Assembly: GCA_010405405.1 (NCBI GenBank)
Contig: MU004242.1
Coordinates: 35,751-99,750 of the forward strand
DNA from: Microthyrium microscopicum
Lineage: Eukaryota
Direction of reading: 5' to 3'
Length of the DNA stretch: 64,000 nucleotides
The translations under genes were made by a program, and so were the position numbers. Under the pieces are notes generated by a model. It saw only the letters and a list, made by a program, of their open reading frames with translations, did no database searches and was not told where the DNA came from. Of the stretch, positions 1-13,088 are shown piece after piece (position 1 is the first letter of the stretch; each line of letters starts with the position of its first letter).

Positions 1-2162
1 AGTTTACGTTTATTTATAAAAAAAAGTAAATAAGAACTCGTACTAAGCTAAGGTCTATATAATAATAAAGTTATTAAGTTAACTATAAATAAACTAACTT
101 TAGCTACTCTTAATAGTAAGTATAACTTAGATTCCTAGCTAAATTATTAAAATAGTACTAGTAAGTAAAGTATAATAAGTAATAAGCTTTAGAACTATTA
201 CTATAAAGTATATCTAGAAGAGGTACTACCTAAGTTCCTAACTATAGTAATTAATATCTTAAAGGTACTAACTATATTTAAGCATAACTAATTTTATAGA
301 AATATAAGTTTATTCTTATATCTTCTTAAATATAGTATATATAGAATTTAGCTAACTTTAAAAACTACCTAAATATAATACTACGTTAGTTAGTATAGAA
401 TTATTATATCTAAATAGTTAAAGGTATTATTACTAAATATTTAGACTAAGTAAAATATATACTAATTAGTACTATTTAACTCTATATTCTTAAGATTACC
501 TAAGACTAAGAAATTAGACGTATAGAAGTTTGCTAAGTAGCTAAGAAAAGATAGTAACTTTACTAAATTATATAAGTATAGTAAAAATAGAGAGAGTAGA
601 CTTTACGTAAGTTTATATTTTTAAATAAGACTAAATTATAACTATATATTAATAATACTTTTAGGAATATATATTATTTATTAGTAAAATAATCTTCTTT
701 TTTATTAATAACTTATTATTTTATTTATATATTAGTTATAAGCATAAAACCCTTATACTTAACTAAAGTAGGAAATATTCTAGAAACTACTAGGCTATAA
801 AGACTATAAAATTACTATTTTTAAGTAAACTTATTACGTATATCTATATACTTATTAAGCTACATATAAAAACTATTACCTAAAAAGTTAATAATTTTTA
901 GTATAACCTACCTACATATTAAGGTAATTTAGGTTATTAAATAAATAATATAATACTAACTAGTAANNNNNNNNNNCTTAAATAATAGAACTTATAACTA
1001 CCTTATTTAAAATAAAAAATAAGCTTACTTATTTAAAAAACTATTAAAGATCTTATATTATATAAAACTAGGGTATAATATAAAGAGTAATAGAAGCTAA
1101 TATTAGACGTATATACTTCTAACTATAATAATATTAATAAGCTTTATAAAGTATATTCTTTAAAAAACTAGTAATAATCTTATTAATATTACTATTTAGG
1201 TAAAACCCTAGCCTATATAGAAAGATAATTATAATTTACTTACTTAAGAAGATAATAAGAACTAGGACTCCTTTAAGCTATTATAATATTTAGGACGTAA
1301 GTAAAGTAGTTCTAAAGCTAAGTTTAATAAGTAATATAAATATAAAAGATATACTTTATAGCTTAAGGAAGTAATATTATATAGTAAGTTCTTAGTTAAT
1401 AATAAGTATAAAGTAAATAATAAGTAAAATAATCCTAATTATATAGACCTAATAAGTAAGTCTTATATATTTAAGTAAATATATAGGCTCTAATTACTAA
1501 TAAATTATATAAATAGAACCTAGTAATAAAGACTAGCTAGAGAAGATATATATTTAATTTACTAAACTAGGATAGATAAAAACTAAGCTACTAAACCTTA
1601 GAGGCCTTTTAATTCCTTAGGATATTATAAATACTACTAATAATAAGAAAGATTTAAATTATGCCCTATTATTCTATCTTATAAGTAAGGACTTAAGCTA
1701 AGAGGAGGAGGCATAGATTATAAATAATAGTAAGAAGGGTATAGTATTATAGAACTTAATCTTAATACGCCTATAATAAGGTAGTCTATAAAGTTAAGAT
1801 CTAATACTATAACGTAGTAAAGTATTTAATCCTAATAGGAATAAGTAAGGGCTTCTAATCCTTCTAAATAATCCTAGATAATTCTAGACAATTCTAGGTA
1901 TTTAGGTAATTATTCTAGTAAGGCTAGTTTCTAGAGTAGCTTTATATATAGTAATTAGAGCTATCTACTATATTATACCTATATTAGTATCTAGAATATT
2001 ATAAATATAGTAAATATAAGAAATACGATAGATATTTTAGATATTAAAGTTATTAAAGATATTCTTAATATTTTAAATATTAAAGATATTAAAGATATTA
2101 GAGATATTATAGATATTATAAATATTATAGATATTTAATATATTATAAATATTATAAATATA
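1..2162 (+). mobile_element. RIP-degraded transposon relic, possibly Ty1/copia-like retrotransposon pol region
   Basis: Extremely AT-rich, TpA-rich, no ORFs. Around 1200-1300 the + strand reads roughly KTLAYIER...RTP, loosely like the copia post-integrase 'TA.Y..NR...TP.E' segment. Class assignment is weak. Confidence 0.4.
2030..2162. repeat. Degenerate ~9-bp minisatellite (AGATATTAT-like) running into an assembly gap
   Basis: Repeated agatattat/aaatattat/agatattaa units immediately before the N run. Confidence 0.7.
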
Positions 2163-2996
2163 NNNNNNNNNNNNNNNNNNNNNNNNNNNNNNNNNNNNNN
2201 NNNNNNNNNNNNNNNNNNNNNNNNNNNNNNNNNNNNNNNNNNNNNNNNNNNNNNNNNNNNNNNNNNNNNNNNNNNNNNNNNNNNNNNNNNNNNNNNNNNN
2301 NNNNNNNNNNNNNNNNNNNNNNNNNNNNNNNNNNNNNNNNNNNNNNNNNNNNNNNNNNNNNNNNNNNNNNNNNNNNNNNNNNNNNNNNNNNNNNNNNNNN
2401 NNNNNNNNNNNNNNNNNNNNNNNNNNNNNNNNNNNNNNNNNNNNNNNNNNNNNNNNNNNNNNNNNNNNNNNNNNNNNNNNNNNNNNNNNNNNNNNNNNNN
2501 NNNNNNNNNNNNNNNNNNNNNNNNNNNNNNNNNNNNNNNNNNNNNNNNNNNNNNNNNNNNNNNNNNNNNNNNNNNNNNNNNNNNNNNNNNNNNNNNNNNN
2601 NNNNNNNNNNNNNNNNNNNNNNNNNNNNNNNNNNNNNNNNNNNNNNNNNNNNNNNNNNNNNNNNNNNNNNNNNNNNNNNNNNNNNNNNNNNNNNNNNNNN
2701 NNNNNNNNNNNNNNNNNNNNNNNNNNNNNNNNNNNNNNNNNNNNNNNNNNNNNNNNNNNNNNNNNNNNNNNNNNNNNNNNNNNNNNNNNNNNNNNNNNNN
2801 NNNNNNNNNNNNNNNNNNNNNNNNNNNNNNNNNNNNNNNNNNNNNNNNNNNNNNNNNNNNNNNNNNNNNNNNNNNNNNNNNNNNNNNNNNNNNNNNNNNN
2901 NNNNNNNNNNNNNNNNNNNNNNNNNNNNNNNNNNNNNNNNNNNNNNNNNNNNNNNNNNNNNNNNNNNNNNNNNNNNNNNNNNNNNNNNNNNNNNNN
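2163..2996. other. Assembly gap (N run); a second short gap lies at 967-976
   Basis: Runs of n in the sequence. Confidence 0.98.
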
Positions 2997-4405
2997 NTAT
3001 CTTATTTAAAGAATATCCTTTATTAGCTTTATAGAAGTACTTTAATAGTTTATCTTATTTTATTAATTTAAACGCTATAAGTAGTTTTAGTTTTTATTTC
3101 TATTTAATATATCTTAAATTAGTAAATTTATTTTAATTATTCTATATATTTTAAACGAATTAGATGTTAAGTTAAGTACTTAGATATAGGACTACGTATT
3201 ATAGTAATAAGTAGTTATAGTGTTATTAGATAACTTAAATTAATGATAATTTTTTTACGATGTACTAATATCTAATAGTTATAAGAAGTATATTAAATAT
3301 AAAGGTAGAAATAATAATTTAATCTTATTTAGCTTATAAAATAGTACAAACTAGTAGATAAGATAGCTCTTATATTTATTAATTATTAGAAGCTACTAGT
3401 AAGCCTTCTTCTATACTTAATCCTTTAACTAGTATTACTTTAAAAGATATTAAAAATGCTATATCTAGATAAATTCTAGGTAGTTATTTAAATAACTACT
3501 ATCTAATACTACTATAGTAAAGTTAGTACTCTAAATTTAGTAGTTTTAAAGCTATTAACTTACTAATTATAATATCTCCTAATATAAGCCTATTAAACTA
3601 AGACTTTAAGATAATGTAGCTTTTAATAATAAGAAGAGGCATAATAGTTCTATTACTAGCGGAATAGGCCTCTACTAATATTAAATTCTCTCTATTACTA
3701 AGCAATTTAATAAAATTATAATAGTTACTAAAGAACTTATAATTATTAGGAATAACTACTACTAGTATTTAGCCTCTTCCTATACTAATTTAAACGCCTA
3801 TTTTATCTATATTCTACTAATCTTTAGTCTAAATATTATATTTATTAATTATTTCTTTATAATCCTAATAAAACCTAGTAATAGTATCTCTATTTATAGC
3901 TTGCTTACAAGTAGCTTTAATAGTAAATTAAAATTATAAAGTAAAAAATAAGCGCTTTATCTAACGTTAAGCCTATTTTAAGCTAACTTAAAGTTAATTT
4001 TAGTAAGGAATTATATTAAAATTAAGGATGTCTCGTTATAGAATCTCGTTAGTAGTATTATATATAAGTTTAACTTAAATAGGAACCTTAATCTTTATTA
4101 TAAAGTTAAGATATTACTTTAGGGTGCTTCCTTACGCTTTAGATAGCTTTTAGTTAGTTAATTTACGTAAAGAATACAATCTAGTAAGCTTATTATATTA
4201 TTAGTAAAGTTATTTAGGTAGAATTAAAGAGAATTTCTTAGTAAGGGCCTTTTAAGTAGTCTTAAGCTATTTAGCTTTAAATTATATAGCTTTTTTAATA
4301 GTCTTCTCTTTGTCTATATATAGTATATAGTTCTACTTCTTTTACTAAGTTTTTAAAGGTATATTAGTAGTAGTAGAAATAATTATTAAAGTAATAAGTT
4401 ATTAA
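2997..4405 (-). mobile_element. RIP-degraded Fot1/pogo (Tc1-mariner superfamily) transposase relic, DDE-domain portion
   Basis: Minus-strand reading at ~3815-3360 gives NIDKIG...SNRENLILVEAYSASNRTIMPLLIIK...LLIINKYKSY. This matches the Fot1-type motifs NMDETG / NRE..T.VE.ISADG...PL.IFKG / LLI.DGH.SH after reversing G>A and C>T changes. Confidence 0.75.
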
Positions 4406-7400
4406 GGCTGTTGCTAGCAAGCGCTAGCATTTTTGCTGCTTGGCGCCAGAATATTTACTACTTAGCGCTAGAGCTATACTAGATTTATAATTTTATGGCG
4501 CTCTAGTCTAGAATAGGTAAGGCGTCATACCCTAACCCTAAGGTCTAGCCTAATTTAGTAATTCTTTTATAAAATCTATTTACTAGCGTTAAATACCTAA
4601 CTTTACTTCATTATATTATTTTAAGTCTTTAAGTCTTTAAGTCCCTACTACTATATCTTTAACTACTTACTATTATAATTCTACTAACAAACTATAGATT
4701 ATAAACCAATCCAAAAATATCCTGTAAATATCTACTTTAATACCTAGTAAGATGCACAAGAATTAATTTATAATTATACGCAGATATATAGCTACAGCAT
4801 AAAACGCAAATTAAAATCACCTTCTAATATTACTAACGCTAAAGTACGAAATATTTATATAAAATATAATAAAGAGGGAGTCTTTATATCGCAATCTTAA
4901 GGAATTTAAATAGTTAAGACTATAAAAGATAGTTATCCCTTTAAAATTACAATCCGCAAGACTCTAAATTAACTTATATAACCTTATTTCGTATATTAAA
5001 AGCCATAGGAATTAATTATTAAAAACGATTATATATATCCGCTAATTAATGCTTCTTTAATTACTACTTATTACTAGCACGATATTAATATTAATAACCT
5101 ACGTAAAGAGATTAATTCTCTATATAAATCTAATACTAAGCTAAAATAGATTCTCTCCAAAATTAAGGACAAATTCCTTGACGTCAATATTAAGATAAAG
5201 GATATCTACAACGTAAATTAGGCTAATTAAACTAAATAATTAGCAGGCTATACACTATTAGAAGCGCTTCTTAATAAGCTATAACAATATAATGAATTCG
5301 TCTTATTGTTTCATCTTAACTCTAAGAATCGTTTAAAAAGCCTCTTCATTACTACAAAAGCTTAGATTACTCTTTATTAGGCTCATCTAGATGTCCTATT
5401 ATTTAATACAATATACTAAACTAATCGTTACAAAATGCTACTCCTTTACATCGCTGCGTTGAATTCTATACATAAATACTTCTCTATAGCATTTTGCTTC
5501 ATAATAGGTAAAGATAAAGCGAAATATTAATAGGCATTGGAAACATTTAACAAGTTATTACGAGATAGACAGAATGTAAAGCTTCTAAACGTCGTTCTTA
5601 CTAATAGCTATCAAGCGCTAAAGAATATGCTTTAAACAACTATTCTTATTTAGCAACTAATTTATTAATACTACTATAATAAGAATATTAAATTAAAGGT
5701 TAAGGAGATATAGCAAACTATAGATTATATACTAAGTTATAACGCTCAAGATAGTGCTTAGAAGCTTTAGGATTTTGCAATTTTAATATAGCAATAGGTT
5801 AGCTAAATTCAGCTCTTCTAATAGTTATTTTACTAACAAATTTGTAAGTAATTGATGCCTTTACTAAGCAAGCTCTAGATACCGCCTAGAATACCCTTAA
5901 AAGCTAATTTACTAACGTTAAGGGCCTTTAATTTGTTAAATATCTTAAGGATATTTAGATAATATCTAAATAAGAACTATGCTATGCTTTTACGCATCTT
6001 ATTAAATATTTTAATGCTATAATAATATCGCTATTAGAAGGACTTCACAAAGCTCTAAAGGAATGGATTACTTTAAATAACGACTTACTTAAAGTAGTTA
6101 ATTCGATGCTAAGATATATTCGTAATATAGTTAAGAAGTTGCGTAAACGGGCAAAGAAGGATACTAATCATAAGAATCCTATCTTAAAAGGCAAGAATCT
6201 TCTTATTCTTTACCTCTCATTTATTTATTATGTTAGCTCATACGCGTTAAAAATGGTTATAACGAAATATTAAAAGTATAAAAGTGAGGAATCTAGTAAA
6301 ACACTACTAACGAAATGCTTAAATATCTTTAGTAAGATCTTTAGATTACCCTATAGCTATACTATTAAAGAACACCTATTTTATAACGACAAATAGTAAC
6401 TCTAGAAGCAAGATATTAATACGTATTAGTACTATGATTGAATTAAGTCTAGAGTCATAGAAGAAGAATATCTTAAAGATCTAGAGCTTTTTATTAGTCT
6501 AGATCTACCTCCGCTAGCTCTACTAGTATAGATTTTACCTCTACAACGTGTGTTAAGTAGTAGACGTCCTTTAGGATCTTAGCCTTATTCTTAGCCTAAT
6601 TAACATCTAACAGCTCCTTTAGGTTAAATCCTCTCTATAAATAAGATTCCTATGCTAGCATCTTACGATATTACTAATGCTACAGCATTAGCACAATCTA
6701 TAGAGTAGAAGACATTATAAATATCTTGGGCTAAATAGTAAGTAATTAATGCTCAATAACGGACTTAGGATGTTGTAGAAGGACGTCAATAAATAGAGGA
6801 TATTATACGTAAATTAGAGGCTATAATAGCTTGACATAATGAGACGCGCGCCAAATAGCGTAAACGCCGTAGAGACTGCCAACGCTATAATAATTAGCTT
6901 AAAGAACTTAATTCTAACGAAGAACAAGAAGCTCGCGATGCTCTAGAACTGTTATAGCAAAAATATCTCAATCTTTAAGAATACAATAGCTAGATGCTAC
7001 TATAAGAACTCAATTAGTTCAATGTTATACCTATTAAAGATCTCTCTACTAAAAAGACTACTACCAATATGCCTAAAGTTATTAAACTCTCCTTAAATTC
7101 TAGTAGCTCTAAAGAAGAGGAACTAGCACTAAAACGTTGCTATACAGCCTATATAGGTCCTCTATCTAATAGAGCCCTTTAAGAGAAGGTTAATCTATAA
7201 GAAGATAAGATTAAGAAATTACGATAGATATTAGTTACTATAGAAGTAGTATCTTTAGCTTTAGTAGCTACTCTGCGTTCAATTCCTACACCTATAGTTA
7301 CTATTACTACTAAAATTACTTTGCAATCTAGCGTTACTACTACTTTAACTACTATAATACTAGTTCCTCCTTAAAAGAAGCGAGGAAGACCTATTGGTTC

Positions 7401-7852
7401 TAAGAACAAGGTACGATCAGAGCCAAAAGACGTGAAGAAGCTATAGAAACAACCTCCCTTTAGACCTGCGGGTTAGAGAACATAAACATACTAAAAACAA
7501 GGTTAAGATACACTAAAAACGGAGTCAAGATAGGACAAGGAATAGCTACGAGAGGGCACAAAAACGATAATAGGATATAGAAGAGATAGATCTCTTTAAA
7601 TGTATATTTTGGGCGTAAAATCGCTATCGTAAGAGTTAATCTACTAAACTAGTCCCATAGGCTTTATCTATAGTAAAAGCTTTAATATTTTGTACTTCTT
7701 TTAAACCTACTTTTTAACTAGTAGACTAATACTAAGATTTCTATATTTATTTCCTATTTAGGCATAGCCTAGAGCGCCATATTATTTTGGCGCTAAGTAG
7801 CAAAAATGCTAGCGCCGTGTAGCAAAAGTACTAGTGCTTACTAGTAATAGCT
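4406..7852 (+). mobile_element. Full-length RIP-inactivated Mutator (MULE) DNA transposon with TIRs and 9-bp TSD
   Basis: The left end ggctgttgctagcaagcgctagcatttttgc... aligns over ~65 bp with the reverse complement of the right end, mostly by transition mismatches. The identical 9-mer AGTTATTAA flanks both ends (4397-4405, 7853-7861). An internal MULE transposase relic is present. Confidence 0.92.
4750..7480 (+). pseudogene. MULE transposase pseudogene with C-terminal AT-hook (boundaries approximate)
   Basis: ~5390-5450 reads DVLLFNTIY*TNRYKMLLLYI (MULE D.TY.TNRY.MPL motif). ~5590-5625 reads VVLTNSYQALKN (..TD...AL.NA). ~6030-6060 reads SLLEGLHKALK. 7375-7410 reads KKRGRPIGSKNK. Many TAA/TAG stops, consistent with RIP. 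Confidence 0.85.
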
Positions 7853-7861
7853 AGTTATTAA

Positions 7862-8330
7862 AAGAGATAGAATTATTATATTATAGGTAGTAGAACTAGG
7901 ATTACTTTATTATATAAAGTTAAATCTACTAAGAGAGTCTAAGCGTTAGATTTCTATTTATTATAACTACTTTACTAAAAGTAGATATTATTTTCTAAAA
8001 ATCTAGTAGTACGTTTAAATATATATAAATATACTTTAGTAAAAATATAAAAACTATCTAATAGTTAGTTACTAAGTAGCTATAAGGAACGTATAGAAAT
8101 TAAGAAATACTAACCTAATTCTAGATTAAACTAATAATACTTAAATATTCTTACTATATTTAGTTTTAGAGATATAATCTTAAAAATAATATAGGATTTA
8201 TAGCCTATACTATAGAATATAATTCCTCTTTTAGAAATTGAAAATATTAAGTTTTAGTTATACGGCATATATATAAAGTAAAGGATACTAAAATTATCCT
8301 CGTTGAGCTATACTCCTCGTTGAGCTGTCC
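7862..8330 (-). mobile_element. Continuation (5' portion and terminal region) of the interrupted Fot1/pogo element
   Basis: AT-rich RIP sequence resumes after the MULE TSD. It ends in two copies of tcctcgttgagct (8297-8309, 8314-8326) 17 bp apart, resembling the internal direct repeats of Fot1/Pot2-type TIRs. GC content rises abruptly afterwards. Confidence 0.55.
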
Positions 8331-8742
8331 CCGATCGCCTACGGCGAGCGTGATCTTATCCGATGAGTACGCCACGGCACTGCTCAGCCGGACTAGAAGA
8401 GAAGTAAACTGGACGGACGTCTAACATCCAAATCTGAACTCTAGCCTAGAAAATTATAGTGGGTGGCGCATACTTTAACCAAAAATGATTGATTTCGTGC
8501 CATTCAGGGTAAAGCTTAACCTATTAGCAAGAGTACAATTCATTTGCTTTAATCTGAAACTCCAACTTCTGCCTTTGCGAAAGCCAATTATACCCTACGA
8601 CGAATAGCTAGTCTCCACAAACTTACAACTACCTGTTGCTTTTATGGTGTCTTATCCCTATGTGCCTGGTTAATAAAAGTAATGGATGCGCTTTGAACAT
8701 GCGGATATGGCCCAACTACACATTAAGTTGAAGTTCGCGACC

Positions 8743-10465
8743 ATGAAGGAAACTAGCTCACTGAGCTTGTCCGTGTTTGTATTACTTTTAACATTGATCA
8801 ATTCTGTCGCCGCAGTCGCTGGCACAGCTGGAAAGAATGTAAGCTGTTCCCATCCAGTGTCGTTAATTGCCCTCTAACAATATCAAGTATCCCGACTCGC
8901 CAAATTATCCCAATGCCACAAAATGGGACGAACTCAGCAAATCAATAGGCGGCCGTCTAGTAAAATGCCCAGCCCTCGCATGGGCCTGTAGTTCAGGAGT
9001 TGCGTATGCGATTACTGCTGAATCGGCAAAGGATATTCAAGCGGGCATGAAGTTTGCGCATGAACATAACCTACGAGTCAGTGTTGTTAATACTGGGCAT
9101 GACTTCTTGGGAAGGTATGAAAATATCATCTTAACAAGGCGCCGAGAGATTGGATTGCTGATATCTTGTTGATAGGAATAAGGGGACTGGTAGTCTGCTC
9201 ATCAGGACAGAGAAGTTAAAAGGTGTTCAATGGGTGCCAGAATGGATTCCAACTGTTGTTAATACAACCGGCACGAAAATGTATGTTGCTCCGCAGCCAG
9301 CGGTTATCATTCAGGCGGGTATGATGTGGCAGGAAGTCATACCAGAAGTCATCAAACACAACCATATCGTCGTATCGGGAGCAGAAAAGGTCCACCTCTC
9401 TTCCTTCTCCCCTCCCCCATCACCATCAACTAACGACATCCACAGACAGTCGGCGCATCAGGTGGATGGACAATGGGTGGCGGCCATGGCGCCTTCTCCA
9501 ACAAATACGGCATGGGCGCCGACAACGTCCTCGAATTCACCGTCGTCACTCCATCCGGCGAAACAGTCATCGCAAACACCAACTCCCACCCTGATCTCTT
9601 CTGGGCTCTCCGCGGCGGTGGAGGCGGAACCTACGGCATCGTAACATCAACCGTAATGAAAACATACCCCAAACCAAGCATGTACGGCATCAACCTCGAC
9701 ATCTCAGCAGCAGCAAACAGCACCCGAGATCAACTCCTCGACGCACTAGCCTACTACTGGGCCATGACGCCTAACATGACAGACTGGGGACTCGGCGGCT
9801 TCCCAACCGTACGATACGGATCAACCTATCCAGGCCGTCTATACGCACCCGGCAAAACGCGCTCAGAAATCGACGCCTTCTGGGCTCCCATCGCGCAAAA
9901 GATGATAAAACTCGGCGCAAGCGTAAGCACGAAAACAAGTGAGAAGGAATTCGACCAATGGCTCGAACCCATCTCACCAGTCGTCAACCTCCCCCTGCCC
10001 TTCGTCGGCAACATGCTCGCTTCACGCCTGCTATCCCGCTCCAAACTGAACGAAGCCAACATCCCCGCCATCCGCACCATGTTGGACAAATTGCTCTCCT
10101 ATACCAACATGGTGCTCCCCTACGCAGTAGGAGGCGGCCAAGTAGCTGCAAACCGGGATCTTGATATAGGCTTGAATCCAGCATGGAGGGATGCACTTAT
10201 GCATTTGGTTGTTATAGGGATTGATCCGAAGGGGGCAATTGAGGCGATGGAGCCGTTGAGTGTGGATAGTGCTGCGTATTGGGGGGAAGCGAATGTTGCG
10301 GAGAAGGGGTGGAAGAGGACGTTTTTTGGACCAGATGCGCATTATGAGAAGTTGTTGGCGGTTAAGAGGAAGTATGATCCGAAGAATTTGCTTTGGTGTA
10401 GTCCGTGTGTGGGGATGGATATGTTGGAGGAGAGGGCGGATGGGAAGTTATATACGGTGGTGTAA
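8743..10465 (+). CDS. Secreted FAD-linked oxidoreductase, berberine-bridge-enzyme (BBE)-like; ~4 exons
   Basis: Signal peptide MKETSSLSLSVFVLLLTLINSVAA; NTGHDFLGR (His for covalent FAD); GGGHG..S..YGMGADNVLE; DLFWALRGGGGGTYGIV; C-terminal BBE motif YEKLLAVKRKYDP. Introns start at ~8839, ~9115 and ~9390. Confidence 0.92.
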
Positions 10466-10724
10466 TCCGTTATAATGCTGATAGAATTGAGTATTACATC
10501 AAGAATACTGGATTAAAGTACTGAATTGGGCTCACAGAGGTATCATAAGTAATTACAAAAAACTTCATAACAGTCTTACTTCATTCTGAACAAATTGTAG
10601 AAGCATCAGAGCATTTAGCTCATCAAACATAAAGCAGCCAGCAAAGTCAACAACTAGCGCATCGACATAAGACATCAAGACCGGAATCAACATCTACCAC
10701 ACTCACAGTCTCTCATAACAACCT

Positions 10725-12535
10725 CTATCCATGCCGTGCCTGACTCATCTTAATAGCAGCAGGAATCATATAACCCAAATCCGGCTGACTACCCACCTTC
10801 TGATCACTCAACCACCCATTCGCCGTATCACTAGCCTGCGGAATCCCCAAACTCGCATCCGCAAACAAATCCTGAAAATCCTTCGCATTCAACGGTTTCC
10901 TACCAGCACCCAACACCGCTCCTTGAATTGACGCAACCACACCTCCAATGACTGCAGCGGACGCGGAAGTGCCAGTGTAGTAGTCCATGTAGCAGCTATT
11001 TGCGCCATTATGGTACACGTTGCAGGCGGGTTCGGCGCAGGTGGTTTGTACGTTTCGACCCCAGGTGGCGACGTTGAGACGGCCGCCGTAGTTGGAGAAG
11101 GATGTACGGGCGTGCGGAGTGAGGATGTTGCCTGGTGGATTGCGGGCGCCGACGACGATTGTTCCTGGGTTGGGGTTTGAGGGGTTGAAGGGGTTGCGGT
11201 ATTTGGCGGCTGTGGCGGCGCCGAATTTTTGGGCGCGGACGTTGTCTTGGTAGTCTGAGGGGTGAGGTTAGTTGGTGGTGATAGAGAAGGAGAGTAGGGG
11301 AAGCTGGGGATGCGGAAAGTGGACTTACTTGGACCACCGAGATCAGCACCCTCGTTGCCGGAAGGTTGGACGAAGATCATGCCTTTGTTGGTAGCTTTTT
11401 GGATGAGATCGTAGTAGACTGGGAACCATTCCAGAGGACCGGCGACGTTGTCGTCGGCGAGAACTAGATTGATGATCATGACGATTACATCGCCTGCCTT
11501 GCCATTGTCAATGGCCCAGTTGATAGCTCCATTGAAATCCTGAGCACCCTTGTTGGCGTTATCCTGACTGAAGTAGAGAGTACGCGCAGTCAGTCTAGAG
11601 TTTGGTGCAATTCCAGTGTAACCAAAGTTGTTGTCATCTGCGCCCATGACACCAGAAGCGCCAGTTGCGTGGGTGCCGACAACACCATCAAAGCCAACGT
11701 AGCGCATGTTGCCTTGCAGATCTTCGTGGGTGTGAAGCCAGTTGGATTCAACGTGGAAGATCTCGACGCCATCGCCTTTGCCGCCTTTTAAGCTGGCGGC
11801 GTAGTTGACGTTCATGCCACCTTTGTCGTTACCGGCGTAGAGACCATTATTTTGGCGGCTTCGAAGGTCGGGAGTTGCGGCGGTAGCATCTGAAGAACGC
11901 TTGGAGCGCTTGATCTTGATGGTACGCTTGAAAGCTTCAGTGTATTCAGCATCTGGAATGACATGCTGTGGCATGACATAGGCAGTTTCAACCTGATCAT
12001 GACGGCGGAAATCCTCAACGAGAGCATCATGATGGACACCATCTGCTTGAACGCGATAGTACTTTCCGAGGGTCTCGTCATGCTGGGCATCAGAGCCTTC
12101 AAAAGCATGGCTGAAGGTTGCGTTATAGTTGCGAACGATAGGATGAAGACTAGGGAAATGTTAGTGTCCAATTGTTTTAAACCGTGGATAACCGCATATC
12201 CAAATGTAGCTATCGGCGACGGCTTTCAATGGGTAATGTTGGGAGCTTCGCGAAATCATAGCTATGGAAGCAGAAGTGGAGATGATGAACTTACCTATCT
12301 TCAATAGCGCGCTTGTGTAGACCATTCAAAGGAGAGCGCTTCAACATAACATGGACTTCTGGCTTGCCAATGGGCATAGAAACGGTTGGAAAACCAGCTA
12401 TACGTCACACTGATTAGCTGTTATATCTAATAACTGGCTTTGGGGACACTTACCTGGAACATCTTGTAGTACAGATGCACCGACCGAGGTCAAAAGACCG
12501 GCGCTCGCCACCACAAAGGTAATAGAACACTTCAT
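10725..12535 (-). CDS. Secreted subtilisin-like S8 serine peptidase with prodomain, bacterial-like subgroup; ~4 exons
   Basis: Signal peptide MKCSITFVVASAGLLTSVGA; GGKGDGVEIFHVESNWLHTHEDL; His motif HATGASG; oxyanion PSGNEG; SFSNYG; Ser motif TGTSASAAVIGG. Intron 11255-11328 plus two near the 5' end. Confidence 0.88.
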
Positions 12536-13088
12536 AATTATGAAATGCGCAGAAAATGGTAAGAGCGAAAGACTTATGCGAGAGGACAATCAATGCTCTG
12601 TGCAAAGTGTTGCTATTTGGTTAGAAGTGGAAAGGAAGTTGATGTTGTTAGGAGGGAAAATTGATGATCAAGAAGCGTTGAGGGAGAGAAAGCTTTATAG
12701 CACGGGAGAAAGGAACACAGACTAAGTGACCATGAGGTATAAGGCTACTTTTGTTATGGTTACCTGTCACAGACCTTGAATTTCACGTCGTTTGATACCT
12801 TCATTTCCCATGTGGGTTTGGTGGTGTAGGAGGTTAGTATCTAGGAGGAAGGAGCACCGCGAGGTTGACCAATATGCTCTTTCCTTCTTCGTTAGTTCGC
12901 CTCAGCTTTGGTCGTACCTTCTCGTTCAAGGAGGGGACATCGCACCTACCTTGAGCAGATGATCTATTCAACATCCTTCATATCTTGATCCTCGGCCAAC
13001 TTCATGTCCAAGCATTGAACAAGCTTCCCCTCTTCAACTAACCATCTTGAACAACCTACACATCAAGCCGCTCCACACAAGGTCCAAC

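Noticed and set aside
4530..4541. Telomere-like CCCTAACCCTAA
   Set aside because: Only two units, inside the MULE subterminal region; not a telomeric array.
8360..8400. Hairpin followed by CTAG (Helitron 3' end) or CCGATGA core (hammerhead ribozyme)
   Set aside because: CTAG is followed by A rather than T, and no Rep/helicase relic was recognised. The core differs from CUGANGA and lacks a properly placed GAAA and stems.
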